In this document: positions 38,028 through 51,643 of the stretch, in pieces
Numbering within the stretch: position 1 is the first letter of the stretch
Layout: each line of letters starts with the position of its first letter
Source of the DNA: Antedon mediterranea
Lineage: Eukaryota > Animalia > Echinodermata
NCBI RefSeq assembly: GCF_964355755.1
Contig: NC_092673.1
Coordinates: 13,364,948-13,428,947 of the forward strand
Length of the DNA: 64,000 nucleotides
Reading direction: 5' to 3'
Notes under the pieces: model-generated
Seen by the model: the letters and a program-made list of their open reading frames with translations, nothing else
What the model was told of the DNA's origin: nothing
Database searches by the model: none
Position numbers and translations under genes: made by a program

Positions 38028-38949
38028 CTATAACATAAGTTATATAAGTTAACATTTACATCAGTTCCATTCAAACTATCAAAGTACTTTATACATTGCA
38101 ACAAATCCACAATAATATACAAAAACAATCCCGATCCCCGATTTAACCCAATCCTTCTTTAAAACCTAGTTAGTATACAAATGTCGAGAATACAGAATCT
38201 TTATTAGTCCAATAATAAGGATAAGTTGTTAAGTCGAGATTGACTCATGGAGAATTTGTATACACCACAGTTGCAATTGGAAATGATATAAATTCTTTAT
38301 TGAATTTTAAAATACTAAATAACGTACCATAGTATTCTACAAACAATGTGGAATTCGGCAAGTAATCAGTTTGCTGTCTTCCTGTCGTTTGCTGTTACCT
38401 CGTCTTGTACACCGCTCAAGAGACTATTTATATATACTTTCACCTACTGTAGGAGGACGATTAGGTCTCTTCGGTATTACTATACACTCATCACGTGTAC
38501 TCACCTAAGCTGTTAGGCTTGTATACTTGATGGGTATATATTTCTATGTCCTTTCGGTTGTATGTCTGCTTCTCAAGAGAGAGACTCTTGTCTCTTGCTC
38601 ATCAACCCCTGGGGCTGGTCGTGACGCATCTCGCCACTGGCCAGTCCCAGGGCCGGATTCGGTGGTTGAGTGCATGTTGGCCCGGCGATTGGTCGTGATG
38701 TATTGATGACGTAACCACTAGCCAATACCGGTAGTCAAAAGTTAAAAAAATAATAATATAACAATAAAGCAACATACAGAGTAGCATAATACTGTATATA
38801 CAACTGATAATGAACATAAATAATATTTATTTATTACCATATTTACTGAGGGTAGCCTATCCAGTTCCTAATAGAACTGATCATTCAGGGCCCTCGATAA
38901 AACAAACATACAGTACAACACATAAAATATTAAATATTCAAATGACATA

Positions 38950-41900
38950 TATTATTATTATTATTACTGCTTTTCCGCTGAAAAGTCTGCCGACATTTCC
39001 GCTTGGGCTGCTCCGTAAATCTCTTTTATTAGTTTCTTCCAGTCTCATCTTTCATTGGCTAGTTCTTTAAGTTGTTTCATGTCTTTCTTGGTTTTCAATT
39101 GTCCGGGATACTTAATGTCTGTATTATGCTTATAAAGGGTGAGTAGGTCGTTGCTGAGAGTTATTGGTAGGGTGGTTCTCGGTCTTCCTCGAAATTTTAT
39201 ATTGGTAGTGTTGCTGAAATAATAGCTTATTGCTGTGTTGGCTGGTGTACATGGGTCTTGTCTAAGTAGGTGACCCAATAGTCTCCATCTTGCGTCGACT
39301 ATTTCTAATGAAATCGGTTTTGTTCCTGTCCTTCTGTATAAATTTATGTTCGATATCCTGTCTGGGAACCTGATACCTATGATTTTGCGAAGTTGCTGTC
39401 TGTGAAATGTGTCGAGTTTATGTGCTTCTTCTTTTGTGAGTCCCCATGTTTCAGAGTTGTAGAGTAATATACTTTTAACTAGTGAGTTGTACAGCTTGAT
39501 ACGTATTTTTAATTTGATTTTATCTTTTCGAAGCCACATCAAGTTTAGTTTGGTCATTGCTACACGCGCTAGTTGTTTTCTTCTAATTATGTCTTGTCTG
39601 TCCCCAAGGAGCGATCCTACATTTTTCGTGTTTCTCCATTGTTCTTGTATGTCCTCTTTTTCTCGTCTTCCGATAGTGTGTTCTGTTTTTTCTTTATTTA
39701 CATTTAAGTTGAAAGTTGATAAATGGCGTTCTTATTCGTTTACATTATGCTTGCTATTTAGACTAAAAAAATCTACATCATCAGCATATGATATCTCTTG
39801 AGGTATTTCTGTTTGGATAATTGTTCTGATTCCTCGTAGCGCAGACTCAAGGTAAACAGTGAATAAGACCGGGCTTAAGCTATCTCCTTGAGGGGTGCCG
39901 ATGTTGGTTAGGAATATTGGCTGTTCTTTTGCACCTTTTATTTTTAGATTTAGTCCGGTTTCACTCAGCAGAAATCTAACGATCCTAAGTTCATCTTCGT
40001 CTATAATATGTTTGAGTATGTCGAGGAGTTTGTTTCTATCCACTGTGTCAAACGCGCTGGACATATCTATACCGGTTATGTAAATATTTATTTTTTCTTT
40101 TTGTGCTTTAGCTATAAGCCATCTATGTGTAAAAACTATATCACTTGTGCTTCTGCCTTTGCGAAACCCACTTTGGCTTTGTGGTAAGAATGCGTCTACT
40201 TTCGATGTAATTCTATCCAGTGTTATAAGCGATAGGCACTTGCGTATGGTGTTAAGTAGAATAACAGGTCGTAAATTCTTAGTTGGACCCTTTTCCTTAC
40301 CCGGTTTTGGTAGTGCTATGAGTGTTCCTTTATTAATGTTTTGTAAATATTTGATTTAAAATGTCTGAAATCATTGGAGCTAGAACAGGGGAACCGTATT
40401 TTAGTAGTTCTCCTGGGATACCATCCTCACCTGTTGCTCGACTGTTGTTTAGGCGTTTAAGACTCTTGGTTACTTCCTCTTCACTGATTTCTTTATTTAA
40501 TGGCCTAGGATTTCCCTCAATTGAATCTATATTTCGTTTGCTTCCGTCGTAAAATTTATTTTTGAAGTGATTGCCAATTACTTTCGCTATTCCATTTGGT
40601 GAGGCAATAAACTTTTTGTTAGCATCAAACACTTTTGGATTTTCGAATGGTTTTCTATTAAGATCTTTCACTGCTTTATACATTTGGGCGCCCCCTATCG
40701 CTTTGTCGATATCCAAACTTTTCTGATCAAGTTCTTTGTTGCGTGTTTCAATTACTCTTTTTTGAATGTCATGCATGATTTTGTTTCTTTTTTGCTTTAA
40801 TGATGTACGTTCGATTTCCGACTTGCAGTTAGCTATTTTTAGTCTAAGTTCTTTTTGCTGCGTTGATAGGCGTTGGGTTGTGTCATCGTATGTCCTTTTG
40901 TTGTAGCCGACCTTTTGTTTTGGTCCTATTGTATGTTTTGCAGCTGCCTTCACGACGCTTTTCAATTCCTGCCATGTAACGGTTGGCTGATCCGGTTTCA
41001 CAACAACATCTATGCATTCTTTCAGTTTTTCTACGTATAAATTCCTAGTTTCTTCGCTTGTCACTAGCTTTTCACATGCAAATAAGTTAGTGTTTTTGTT
41101 AGTGTTTTGTTTGTTGACGCAATGCCATTTTAAGTTGAATGTTGTGATTACTATTCTGTGATCACTATCTAAAAGTGTTCCGTTGTATGACCTAGCGTTC
41201 TTTAGGAGAGTCTTGTATCTACTTTTACATATAATATAGTCTATTTGAGTGTACAGTTTGATCAGTTCTCCTTTGGAATTTCTTCTCTGTTGGGACCATG
41301 TAGTTATATGACGTGCTGAATGCTGAAACGCGCTGTTAGTTATGAATAAATTGTGTTTTTCACAGAAATCTATGAGTGTTTGTCCATTTTTGTTTCGTTC
41401 TCCTCTAGAAAATGATCCCATACACCTCTCGTCAACCCGTTTTTTCCCCACCGAAGAATTAAAATCCCCGCATAATATAAGTAATGTTTTGTTACCGTAT
41501 CGCTCGATAAGGCCTTCTAGATCGGTATATAGTTTGTTTACTTCGTCTGGTTTCGAATTTGCTATGTATGTAGTCGGCGCATAAACGTTGATCAAAGCTA
41601 TTAACTTACTTTCTTTCGTGGTTAGTTGTAGTACCGCTATTCTTTCGGAACATTTCCATACTTTGTGTATACTCGGAACCCATTTTTTACCAATATAAAA
41701 TCCATTCCCATAGTACTGAGTTTCGGCATCCATGAGTACGAGTCGACCACCGCGTATACAAGTGTCTCTGGCTTCGCGTACCTTGGTCTCTTGTAGGCAG
41801 GCTATGTCAATCCCATAGTTTTCAACATCTTGTCCCAGCTGATCTTGTTTAAAATCGTCATTCAGACCTCTCACATTAAATGTAGCGACATTGAATGTTA

Positions 41901-42016
41901 CTTCCTTCATGTTAACAGCATTATATACCCGTGTTGAACGATATACAGAGCAATAGACTTATTGACCAAAGGGCCCGGAGCTGCGTCACTAGCTCCGCCA
42001 TTATTATTATTATTAT
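38950..42016 (-). mobile_element. Full-length RTE-like non-LTR retrotransposon (single APE-RT ORF 41910-38966, recently inactivated)
   Basis: ATFNVRGL, CLQET, GDFN, SDH (APE); QSGFRKGRS, DMSSAFD, GTPQGDSLSP, YADD (RT). Lesions at about 40340 (frameshift), 39732 (stop) and about 39045 (frameshift). (TAA)n tail. 15-bp TSD TATTCAAATGACATA at 38935-38949 and 42017-42031. Confidence 0.95.
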
Positions 42017-42879
42017 TATTCAAATGACATAAAATATATAATGCAAGAAAAGAAGTTGGTAAGTGGAAAAGGGACGCCACAGCAAGCAAGCTTTAATTTG
42101 GGCGCCCCTCTCAATAGTGAAACAACTTAAACTTTAACATTTTAAAATATTGATATTAATTATTATAAAAACAACAATTGATAATTCAGTTATATGCGAT
42201 TACAAATTATACAATTTTCACATAAACACCTATTTACATTGTTCCTGTATTCAATAATATATAAACTTTTAATTTCCTTTTGAAATTATACAAATTATTA
42301 TTGTTCTTTTTGATGATATACAAATTATTTTTGTTTCTCGTATCATGTACATGAATAGAGTCGTATGTTTGAAAAATGCCCTCTATGACAAAAAACCTCC
42401 TTACTTTTTTTTAGGCCTAATTTATCAGAGGCTGGTGGATCTCAATGAAGATTTTGGGGATTTTTTAACGTTGGAAACCTTGATTTATCAAAATGACATG
42501 TTCACTTCAAAACAGGTTCTGTCCATCATAATCCATTTTACCAAAACTCTGTTTGGCGGCTCTTTTTAAACCCTCTTTCTGTTTTATTTCTTGTTTGTTG
42601 TTTATCTTTGTCTGAACACAATTGATTCACATCTGTGAACTAAGGTATTGATGTATTGAATATTCAGTGTATGTTCCAAAGGATAATTGGAAGTGAAGTG
42701 CAGATATTGGTACATGTGTGTTGCTTTTCTGTAAAAAGATGTTTTGATGTCACCGTTAAGGAATATTTGTTGCCACAGACACTTACCTTTATTTTAGTGA
42801 TGTTAAAGAGGCTGCAGTGAGGGTTGCCTAGGTATGGTACTAGTAGTAGCTATTTTTTTATTTATTTTTTGTTGGTTTG

Positions 42880-43870
42880 GCTGCCAACACGGATGGCGAT
42901 GTCTTCACCCAATGTTCCTTCATTGCGCTACTCGGAATTCCAAGGTCATCATTAAATCAACAGATGTTGGACTTGAGGGTGTTGAGCTGAGCATGCATGC
43001 TCTTCCCTCCCTGCTCTCCATGGAACCCCAATCCGAACTTCCATCTTCTTATTCATTTAGACACATGTTCTTCAAGAATGTGCATCTTGGGAGGCTCTGT
43101 TTCTTGGAAGTGTTCCCGAAAGAACTCCACACAATCTTCAATGTCTGATTTTTCAGGGACAAAAAAAAATCTGTAAAAATTTAACTCAATATATTTACAG
43201 TACTAAACAAAATATTGTTGGTGCTAAAAGAAACTCATCGAGGAATTAAGTGGAGCAGCTGAAGTTGAGATTTTAGTAGAAAAACATAAGTATTGATTTT
43301 TTTACCAAGATTTTTTTTTCTCTGTGAAAAATAAGGCACAATTGTATTGCCTGTGGCAGTTTCCAAACAAATTAATTAATGTTCCATATTTTGTTGTGAC
43401 ACTGACAACATTCTCTTCAATTTCTGGGCTAAGTTCTATTGCAGTCTTGCATATTTTTGTCATTAGTTTTTTTCAGGCTGAAAGTAAATTCAATGATAGA
43501 AATAATATCATAGTATTTAAAAGTCAGATGACAATGACATTATTATATACAACATAAATGAAATACCTTGCAGCACTTATGGATGTGGTTACCGACAGAC
43601 GATTTGCTGTGATATGCCTGTCTGTTTACCCTGAAGGATTTTAGCACATTGTCAAGATTTGCCACCTAAGGCCCTTTTCTTACTTCAGGTAAATCTTTTA
43701 AAATATTGACTGCTTCAACTCTCTAAAACCAATAAATATATTGTTAAATGTTAGCAAATAAAATAATTTCAAGGAAAAATGACACTTGTATAGAAATGTT
43801 GGAATTCTAATTATCTGATTTAAACTTATGCCTCTTGGCTTTGAATCTCGCTAATTCCACTGGTATCACC
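42880..43870 (-). mobile_element. Chapaev-type (CMC superfamily) transposase C-terminal exons, degenerate
   Basis: LDNVLKSFRVNRQAYHSKSSVGNHIHK, LFGNCHRQYN, PKMHILEEHV..IRRWKFGLGFHGEQGGKSMHAQLN. Spliced, with stops. Confidence 0.75.
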
Positions 43871-44340
43871 TAATAGCATAAAGACGGTTGGTCTATTTTA
43901 TTGTGTATGTCTCCTGCCTTGTTTTCTAGGTCTTTGACAGAGTTGGTAAAGTATAATTTCTTGGCAATTTTTTCAATTAAAAAATTAAGCGGGTGGCGCA
44001 TCAATTTAAAGCTTGTGACACATCAATATAACACATGCTACTCATAAATTTTCAACACTAATAATAGGCAAAACCAATATGTACAATATTATGCTAATAC
44101 CAATTTTATTTACAATATCATTATTTAGAGTTTCAGTAGTACAGTATTATAGAATTACTGTGATTTACCATTTAATCTGTTGTTTGTTAACATTGAAATA
44201 TGTTCACTTGTAGAAAATAATTTGAGTCAACCTTCAGATTGTAACAATCTGTATGTGAAAACATATTGAGCTTGCATGACATGTCTTGTGAAAGACTAGC
44301 TCTATATTGGATTCTTATATCACTGCGTAACAGGAGAGAA

Positions 44341-44590
44341 GCACACTAAGAAGTAGAAAAAAACGTAACGATTACTGTACACTAATGCTGGAAATTATTT
44401 GAAGTAAGCCCAATAGTTAACTGTATAAGAATACTTACAATGATTAAAATGTAAAACACTGGCCGCGGTCGATCACAATCACGGCGAAAGGCACGCTAAA
44501 AAGTAGAATAAAACGTAATATAATGATTAATAACGATTACTGTACACTAATGCTGGAAATTATTTGAAGTAAACACAATAGTTAACTGCC
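44341..44590. repeat. Short direct duplication (about 85 bp)
   Basis: gcac.ctaa.aagtagaa.aaaacgtaa...gattactgtacactaatgctggaaatta...caatagttaactg at 44341-44423 and 44491-44588. Confidence 0.8.
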
Positions 44591-45682
44591 TGGCCATATT
44601 TTTCTTTTCTTAGGCGGTACTACTTGAAATGAGTTACAAAATACATTCTCCAACTCATCGTCATCACAATCATCTTGCCACAGAGCTACTAAAAGAAAAA
44701 TTAAATAGATTGATAATATAACACCATTTTTTAAACAACTTACTTTTTAAAGAAAATTGCATTTGTAATATACTTGTTTTGAAAAACTTACTTTGAGCTT
44801 TTTCAACACAGTTCTTGCATGTTATTGCTGAGCCGAATCCTTCCTCTGATCCTTGTTCTCCAAGGCATGGCTCTATAATATGTGTGGGTTTGTGGCATAC
44901 CTTCCAAGTATGACTCCCACACTCATTTTCGCACACCACACAAATTGGAAAACCTATTAAAATTAAACAAAGAAAAATATATAGGCCTACCTATTTGATA
45001 TTTAGGGCTGCAAATAATAACGAGGGTTACATATACAAAATCATTAATATTATCAATCAAATATAAATACAGTAAATAACAAAATTAGTTATAAAGAAAA
45101 ATAGTGTTTTTTAGTATAGTATCAATGTTAATAATTATTGAAAGATAAGTATGTATAGGCCTAGAGTGTAGTAGTGGCATAGTATAAATAGAAATTTACC
45201 CTCATCTTCATCAGGCCTGAGCCTATCTGAGCTACTACTCCTAGAGGTACTACTTGTAGACGCCGAGGAATGTGGACGTCGTGGTACGGAGGACTGGCCC
45301 AACATTCCAGGAGGTTGACTGACTGGATGTTTTCCTACAAGAATTTCGTTCAATGAGTGATAATGAGGGCACGCAGACTTGGGATGGTCCCTTGCTACAT
45401 TGCTTGCCCCCTTCCTCATACCTCTAATAAAAATATCCCGGACAGATTTATGCCCTGACCGGAGGTTCTTCTGTTTTGTAATTACAATCGCCGCAGTAAC
45501 ATCATGGCCCAAGTCCAGCAACCGTTCGGCCATTTTCTCGTAGACGGTCGCCTTTTTTCGGAACAGCTTCCCCAGTTTTTGTCATTGAAATCTGGCTCTC
45601 TCCAGATATCTATGAGGTCCAACTCTTGAGTGTACGTCCAGCAAAACCTCTTTTTTGTCTTTGCTTTTACTTTTTCGGACAT
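44588..45682 (-). pseudogene. Spliced Myb/SANT-like DNA-binding protein with Cys/His finger and NLS (TE accessory-type gene), frameshifted
   Basis: Exon 1: RFCWTYTQELDLIDIW...(frameshift)...VYEKMAERL...KQKNLR...CPHYHSLNEIL. Exon 2 (about 44791-44952): CVVCENECGSH..KVCHKPTH...C...EEGFGSAITCKNC. Exon 3: acidic, then PKKRKY. Confidence 0.7.
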
Positions 45683-46315
45683 GATGAAAGCAGTAGAAAT
45701 GTAATAGAAATAAGTTTTAAATAATAGTAATATAACAGATCGTCGCTCTCGGTTAACATGTGGTTCAGAAATAAAGCGCTAATTTGTTGATTTCACCAAG
45801 AAAGACATGAAAATAGAATGTAAATGATGATAAAGCGATAAAATGAATAATGATAAAAATAGTAAGACGTGATGAATCTATTGATGATGACAATCACACT
45901 ATTATAATATATACTTTATAGCCTGTACATTGCTTAATCTCCTTCAACAATGTTGGTGCTGTAGATGTGTCTAGATCATACAATGACACGACATATACTA
46001 AAGATAAAACCAATGATTGTTAGGAATATGCTTATGACATTATTGAAAAATTGATATACAATAACAACGAAAAACAAACTCGTTCTCTTGGTATAAGTTA
46101 ATTTGTTTTTCTACATTGATGATTACTAAATTTGTGATCACTTTACTTTCCGTGTCCAACAAATAGTCAAACCAGAACAAAATTGTCAATTCTTCTGTCC
46201 TGGTATTGCTTCTGACCTTACTGTATGTAATTTGATACAAGTCTCGCACAATAGTCAGTTTAGCGGATTCATTATGAATAAAAGCTTGCTACCGGATTTT
46301 CCCTTTGTTGTTTAA

Positions 46316-46941
46316 AGACCCCTTCCCTGCAATTTTGGACGTTTTTTGGAAAATAATACATATATATCACTTTAAAAACATTAAACCATGTCATTCCTTG
46401 TCTTAAATGTACGTTTTATGGTAAATTATGATAAAAAGTGAGAAACAATGCACTACCTAAGTAGCTCGCGGCGATCGACTTCTCATGGACGGTCTTAGGC
46501 CTAGCCTAGCTAGGCTTAGTTTTGTAGGCCTAGCTGGTAAACATCGATAACGTACGAACATCGTACGCTAGCTATATACCTAGCCTGACGTTGTATAGTT
46601 GCTGCATTAATTGTCTTTCTATTTTTGCCAGACTCCGTTGATACAAATTGGGGAAAACCCGGTATTTTCGCTGAAAAGTTAGGAGTCTTCCATTTGTTTT
46701 GGCTTCACGATCGATCGAAAAGTGGGCGAATTACAGGTGAAAAACAAAAATATCAATCCGCGCGCAATGCATTTTGGGATTTATAGCGGGCCGCTATAAT
46801 TATTAGAATCGATTTATTTTTCACATTTTTAACCGTTTAAAGACGAAAAAAGTTATCGCAATAGGACCATATAGTATTATTTTTACATTAAATATAGTTT
46901 GTGATCTTAAATTAAATCTAAAAAACGTAGGGAATGGGGCT
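46316..46941. mobile_element. Kolobok-type non-autonomous element
   Basis: TTAA TSD (46312-46315, 46942-46945), AG...CT termini, imperfect TIR AGACCCCTTCCCT / AGGGAATGGGGCT. Confidence 0.7.
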
Positions 46942-47999
46942 TTAAACATTTAGCATTTCGAATCCAGACAATAATCTTTTAAACAAAAAAGACTTTTACA
47001 TAGGTTTTGACACCCAAGATATTTAATAAATCCTCAGCCTCACCCACTGCAGTTCTTAAGTAGTCTAACCATGGAGCATGGTCTAACCGATTGGTTATTA
47101 TTAGTAGATTAGGGAAATCACCAAATATATGTTGCCAGGAAGCTTTGATACAGGCACACTTCACACCCGTAAGAGCTGATAAGTTGTTTATCTCCCTTCG
47201 AATTGTTGTTATGTTTTGATTGACAGATTTGCATTTACAAGACTTAAACATAGTTATTTTCCATCAATTGTGCCCCCTATCGTTGTTTAACAACAAAAAT
47301 TATATGCTACGCAATTATTATCAGGCTAGGCTTTTCAGCCTCCTAATACTTACAGGTCCACGTTAGGCTGGGAAGAAAACTTAATCAAGGCTAGGCCTAG
47401 GTCTGTGTGTAGTTAGTATAAACCTGACCATGGCCTAAGTCTAGATTTTAGCTATTTAAATGTTTTTGGTTCAAAATAGTTAATTTAATAATGAAAACAA
47501 GCAGTATTTTACTGGTAAGCAGCTTCGTTAATAGCAAAACGATGACAGTTCGATGTCGCCACGGCGGCGGCCAGAGTGCAGTCAGTAGTGTAGTCTACGA
47601 AGTACGAACGTATTGACGCTTGCTGCTGTAACATATGCATTCCCCGAAAATGCGTTAATACAATTTTTAATGTAACCGAACATTGAAACAGCCTGAATTT
47701 AAAGAGTAGAGACGGCTATGCGCTGTATGTGGCCGACGGGGGACATTTTGAAAAAAATAACTACAAGCGAGACCAACAAGACGGGAGCAGCAGGCAGGCT
47801 TGACTTTATTTTAGTAGTAGTTGGGTATATTTAGAACAACATAACATAAACTAATATTTTATTTTATAATTACTCCTCTCTAATGTTTCATATGAACATT
47901 TATTTATATAAAATTATTTAATATGTTTTATGGTGCCTCGCACTTGTGGTACAATAGTGCAGTTACACTTTGTACTGACTCGCTTGAATTGCAATTAAC

Positions 48000-48214
48000 A
48001 TGGTCACGTGGGCCGTTGACTCCAATGAATCCATGGCTTGCAGTTTGTCAATACCCTAGTTTTTCTGCCATTCTTCAACAGATATGTTTGTCTGTGAACT
48101 TATTGTCATCCATGCATTCATTCTTATATTTCTGTCTCTGTATGACTTACTTCCCTTATCATAAAGACAAGGGTAATCTCAGATAATTTCCATGAAGACC
48201 TCGTCGTCCACCAT
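48000..48214 (-). pseudogene. MADF-domain relic (Harbinger accessory ORF type)
   Basis: MVDDEVFMEII*DYPCLYDKGSKSYRDRNIRMNAWMTIS matches the MADF pattern YPCLYD...Y.D...NAW..I. Confidence 0.7.
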
Positions 48215-48594
48215 TTTTTTGCCGTCTGATGATGAGAGATATTCCTCAGTTCTGATTGGTTGATGAGCGCAACTTATCAAAAGTTGACCAAGGTTCAACT
48301 TTTGAAAATTCGCCTGCGAAGCCTTCGCTACGGTCGTTTTCAACGAGTTTTAGTTGAAATTCGACTATCGTACACTGTTCGCTTGTATGTTCACACTGGA
48401 AGCGTCTGTTGCCTGCCGTGTGCGTTACTTTTTAACGCATAATTCGCTGGTATGGTGGGTCTATTGTATAACTTCCTTTCTACGGAAATTACTTGAACGT
48501 TGTTTCAAAATTGTTATTTTAATTCATTTTGAATGTTTCTTTATTTCTAACTTATCAAATACTTTTTGTCATGTTAAAACATGACCACCTAAAA

Positions 48595-48665
48595 AATACC
48601 ATGTTGTCAATGTGAGAAATACCATGTTGTCAATGTGAGAAATACCATGTTGTCAATGTGAGAAA
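48595..48665. repeat. 23-bp minisatellite, 3 copies
   Basis: (aaataccatgttgtcaatgtgag)3. Confidence 0.95.
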
Positions 48666-49229
48666 TTAAAAACAAACGTTATAAAACACGCTAATACACA
48701 AAATTAATCTAACACAACAAAACCAATATAATTTAACCGATAGGTCTCACTTAATATTTTTTAAACAGAAAATTACAAATATTTATAATTTAATTCCAAT
48801 ATTTAAAAAATACTTTAAAAAAAATTAAACCGATATGAAAATCAATAATTATTAGTCATTACTGCACTGAAAATTGAAAACTAACTTTTTTAGTGAGTGA
48901 AATAAAACCCCGCATTCGTTTATTATGTGTGACATTTGCAAAATGTTTATGTGATTCAATTAATTGTATTTACAAATGTTGCTGGGTAAGTCCATTCGCA
49001 GGAGATTTTGTCGTGAACCACATTCTAGTCGAAAGTTAACGCCTGAGGAATCGAAAATCAACACGCTGTTGATTTTCGATTCAACGCACATTACGCGTGT
49101 CATTTACGTCTCTTAATTAACTAAATAATGCAACATAACATGGCATTTAATGATCAGACAAACAAATATATACTGATTGAAAATTTTTTATTTACAATAT
49201 TTACAAATAGCAAGTTTTTAATTCTTTCG

Positions 49230-51330
49230 GTATACAATGTTGAGCAGATGCAAAATGAATGTTGTTCTCCACAATGAAGCCTGTGAACAGTACTTCAGCT
49301 TTAATAACTTGCTCATCTATTTGATCACGCTGACTTACAAATTGAAATTTGTTACACTGGTCTACACACTTTGTTGCCGAAATGTGTCTTGCTCCCTGAA
49401 TAAATATTAAATGATGAAAATTTAGAATTCACAAAAAAATTCACCTCAAAATACAATCATTTATCAATAAGATCAGGCAATACTGTATGATTAGTAATTT
49501 TTATATTGATCAAGAAAAAAATAATCAAGGGTGGAATTTTGAACATTATTAACAATAACGGTATCGAATACTGTAACCAACATTTTTTTATTTGAATTAT
49601 CCAATGCGACTTATATCGTTATCATTGCTAGATCAATCTGATCATCAATATGATTTACTAGCCTAGGCGCATAGGGCCTAGAACCTAATCAGTGAATCTG
49701 CACCATCACAGCGCTGACCGCCGTCAACACTCGCATGGCTACCTAATAGGGAGGCCTAGCTAGTAACCTAGGCCTACATCATTTATTTTAGAATATAATT
49801 GGGAGCAGGCAGCACAAATAATGTAATGTAAAAATGTATTGATTAGCGTGTGTCAAATACACATTAATGTTAATGAAAGAAAAATATTTTTTTTTTATAA
49901 AAATATTTCCTCATTTACCTTTTTCTCTTGTTGGCTGGTCATCTTAGGTCGTCATCAACCTCGGGACAAGTGATCACTTGACTTAATGATCGTATACGTT
50001 GAAGCATATGGTATCCATTTGCTACCTAAAACAGACAATTTGTTGTTTAATATTTTCATTCTGTCAAAATCATTGTCAGTATATAGAAGTAATTCAAGAT
50101 ATATTTCTTTCTCACACTTTAAAGGAATATGGTTTACATTACGAAGCACATATTAATAATATTCGACTCTTATAATCGGATTTTCTAAATAAATATTGAT
50201 AAAACGACCTGCATTCCCAACATATCTCGTTCCATGAACAAATCGCACTATTGTGCTATTGTTCCCTTCAAAGGCGAAGCAACCAAACGCCCAAAGAGGT
50301 CCTGCCAATTCAACACAACGGATTATGTGTGCACATGCATTGTGCAAGTTCACAGTGCAATTCTGAATTCCTATATATTAATAATGAAAAATTTAATGAA
50401 TGGCAAAAAAGGTAGTATAGTAATTTTCAGTTATTTGTAAAACCCGTGGTAAAACTGACCCCGTGAACTTTCCAGTGCTATTAAAGACACATTTACATTG
50501 GTTAAATTTACCTATTTTTTTCAAGCCCAGTGGTGCTATTAACAAAATTTTAAATAAATTAATTACCGTAATAATCTGAATATAGTCTGTGAAATTCCCT
50601 GAGCCAACTGGATGACGTTGTTCTATCGTTCACAGTCACTTCATCCTGAAGGAGCAAATAAATGGCCGTTGACAGCATTGCAAAATGTCTAAAGTATTTG
50701 TCTGGTAAAACTCGTTTGAACGCCACCAGGCCATAATACAATAGCAATGCTCGATATTCAGAGGCTGTATGGAGAGAAAACATGTTAATATAATAATAAT
50801 AATTGATAATTACTAGTAAATTAGACACAACTATGTTTTATATGTACTAAAAAGATTGAAATAAAAATCGAAATTGAACTTTCTGTGTGTAAAATAATTT
50901 TGGACCATCTTCTTTGGCTTTAAATGTCCTTTCATTTATGGCCTATTTTGTATAATGTACTGCGACGATCAAAGCATATTGACCGAAACGTCGAGAAACT
51001 CAACAGTTTTTACAGAACTAATATACGTGGTGTACCGCAAATTTTATATCAACATTTGATTTCGCCATGCAAACCTTTAAACAATATATTGTATAATGTA
51101 CTTAACAAACTAGCCGAAATAACATGGTCGATATATAAATATATACGGTACTTAACTACGGTACCTTTGAAATTTGGCAGTTCAACAGCTAATGAGCAGG
51201 ATTTCTTGTGTGAATTGTCTGGTGGTTTTATGTTTGCAAGTCTTCCATCGATTTGATCAAGCTTGTCTCCGTATGGCTCCTTAACACTGCTTTTCAACCA
51301 AAGCTTGACAAGGGGTTTTGTGACAGATAC
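49230..51330 (-). mobile_element. Intron-containing EnSpm/CACTA transposase relic
   Basis: KLWL...IDGRLANIKPP...FK | ASEYRALLLYYG....VLPDKYFRHFAMLSTAIYLL...YY | CTVNLH..AH...GPLWAFGCFAFEGNN...VHGT. Confidence 0.85.
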
Positions 51331-51643
51331 AGATACCATGAAGATAATCAATCATGATCTGGACTGCTGGATCGTAATCTTCGATGAATGTTATGGCCGA
51401 CATTTATTTAACGCCACAAACCTGATGAATAGACGTTTGCACTTGGTACGATTGCACACTATTAATATATAGTGTGGGTGTCCAAGAATGGTATTGAATT
51501 ATTGTTCATGCTTTCAATAGTAAATTGTCCTGTTTGGTCGATGTTATTTAAAAGTTATTAAATTGTTGGAGAAGATATAAAAACGCCTCCCTCAAATAAA
51601 CGGTATATTTTTGTGAAGCAATTAATTCTATAATAATTAAATG

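Noticed and set aside
38600-38730. GC-rich stretch (ccagtcccagggccgg) as an HDV-like ribozyme of an RTE 5' UTR
   Set aside because: I could not build the nested double pseudoknot (P1/P1.1/P2/P3) by eye. It is more likely a fragment of a retroelement leader; an Infernal or RNArobo search would be needed.
39487-41584. Several plus-strand ORFs
   Set aside because: Antisense shadows of the RTE ORF.
42880-43870. RAG1-like/ProtoRAG transposon
   Set aside because: The motifs (QAYH...GNH, GLGFHGEQG) fit Chapaev rather than RAG1/Transib, and no RAG2-like gene or RSS-like TIR was seen.
48595-48665. 23-bp direct repeats
   Set aside because: Head-to-tail with no spacers; a simple minisatellite.
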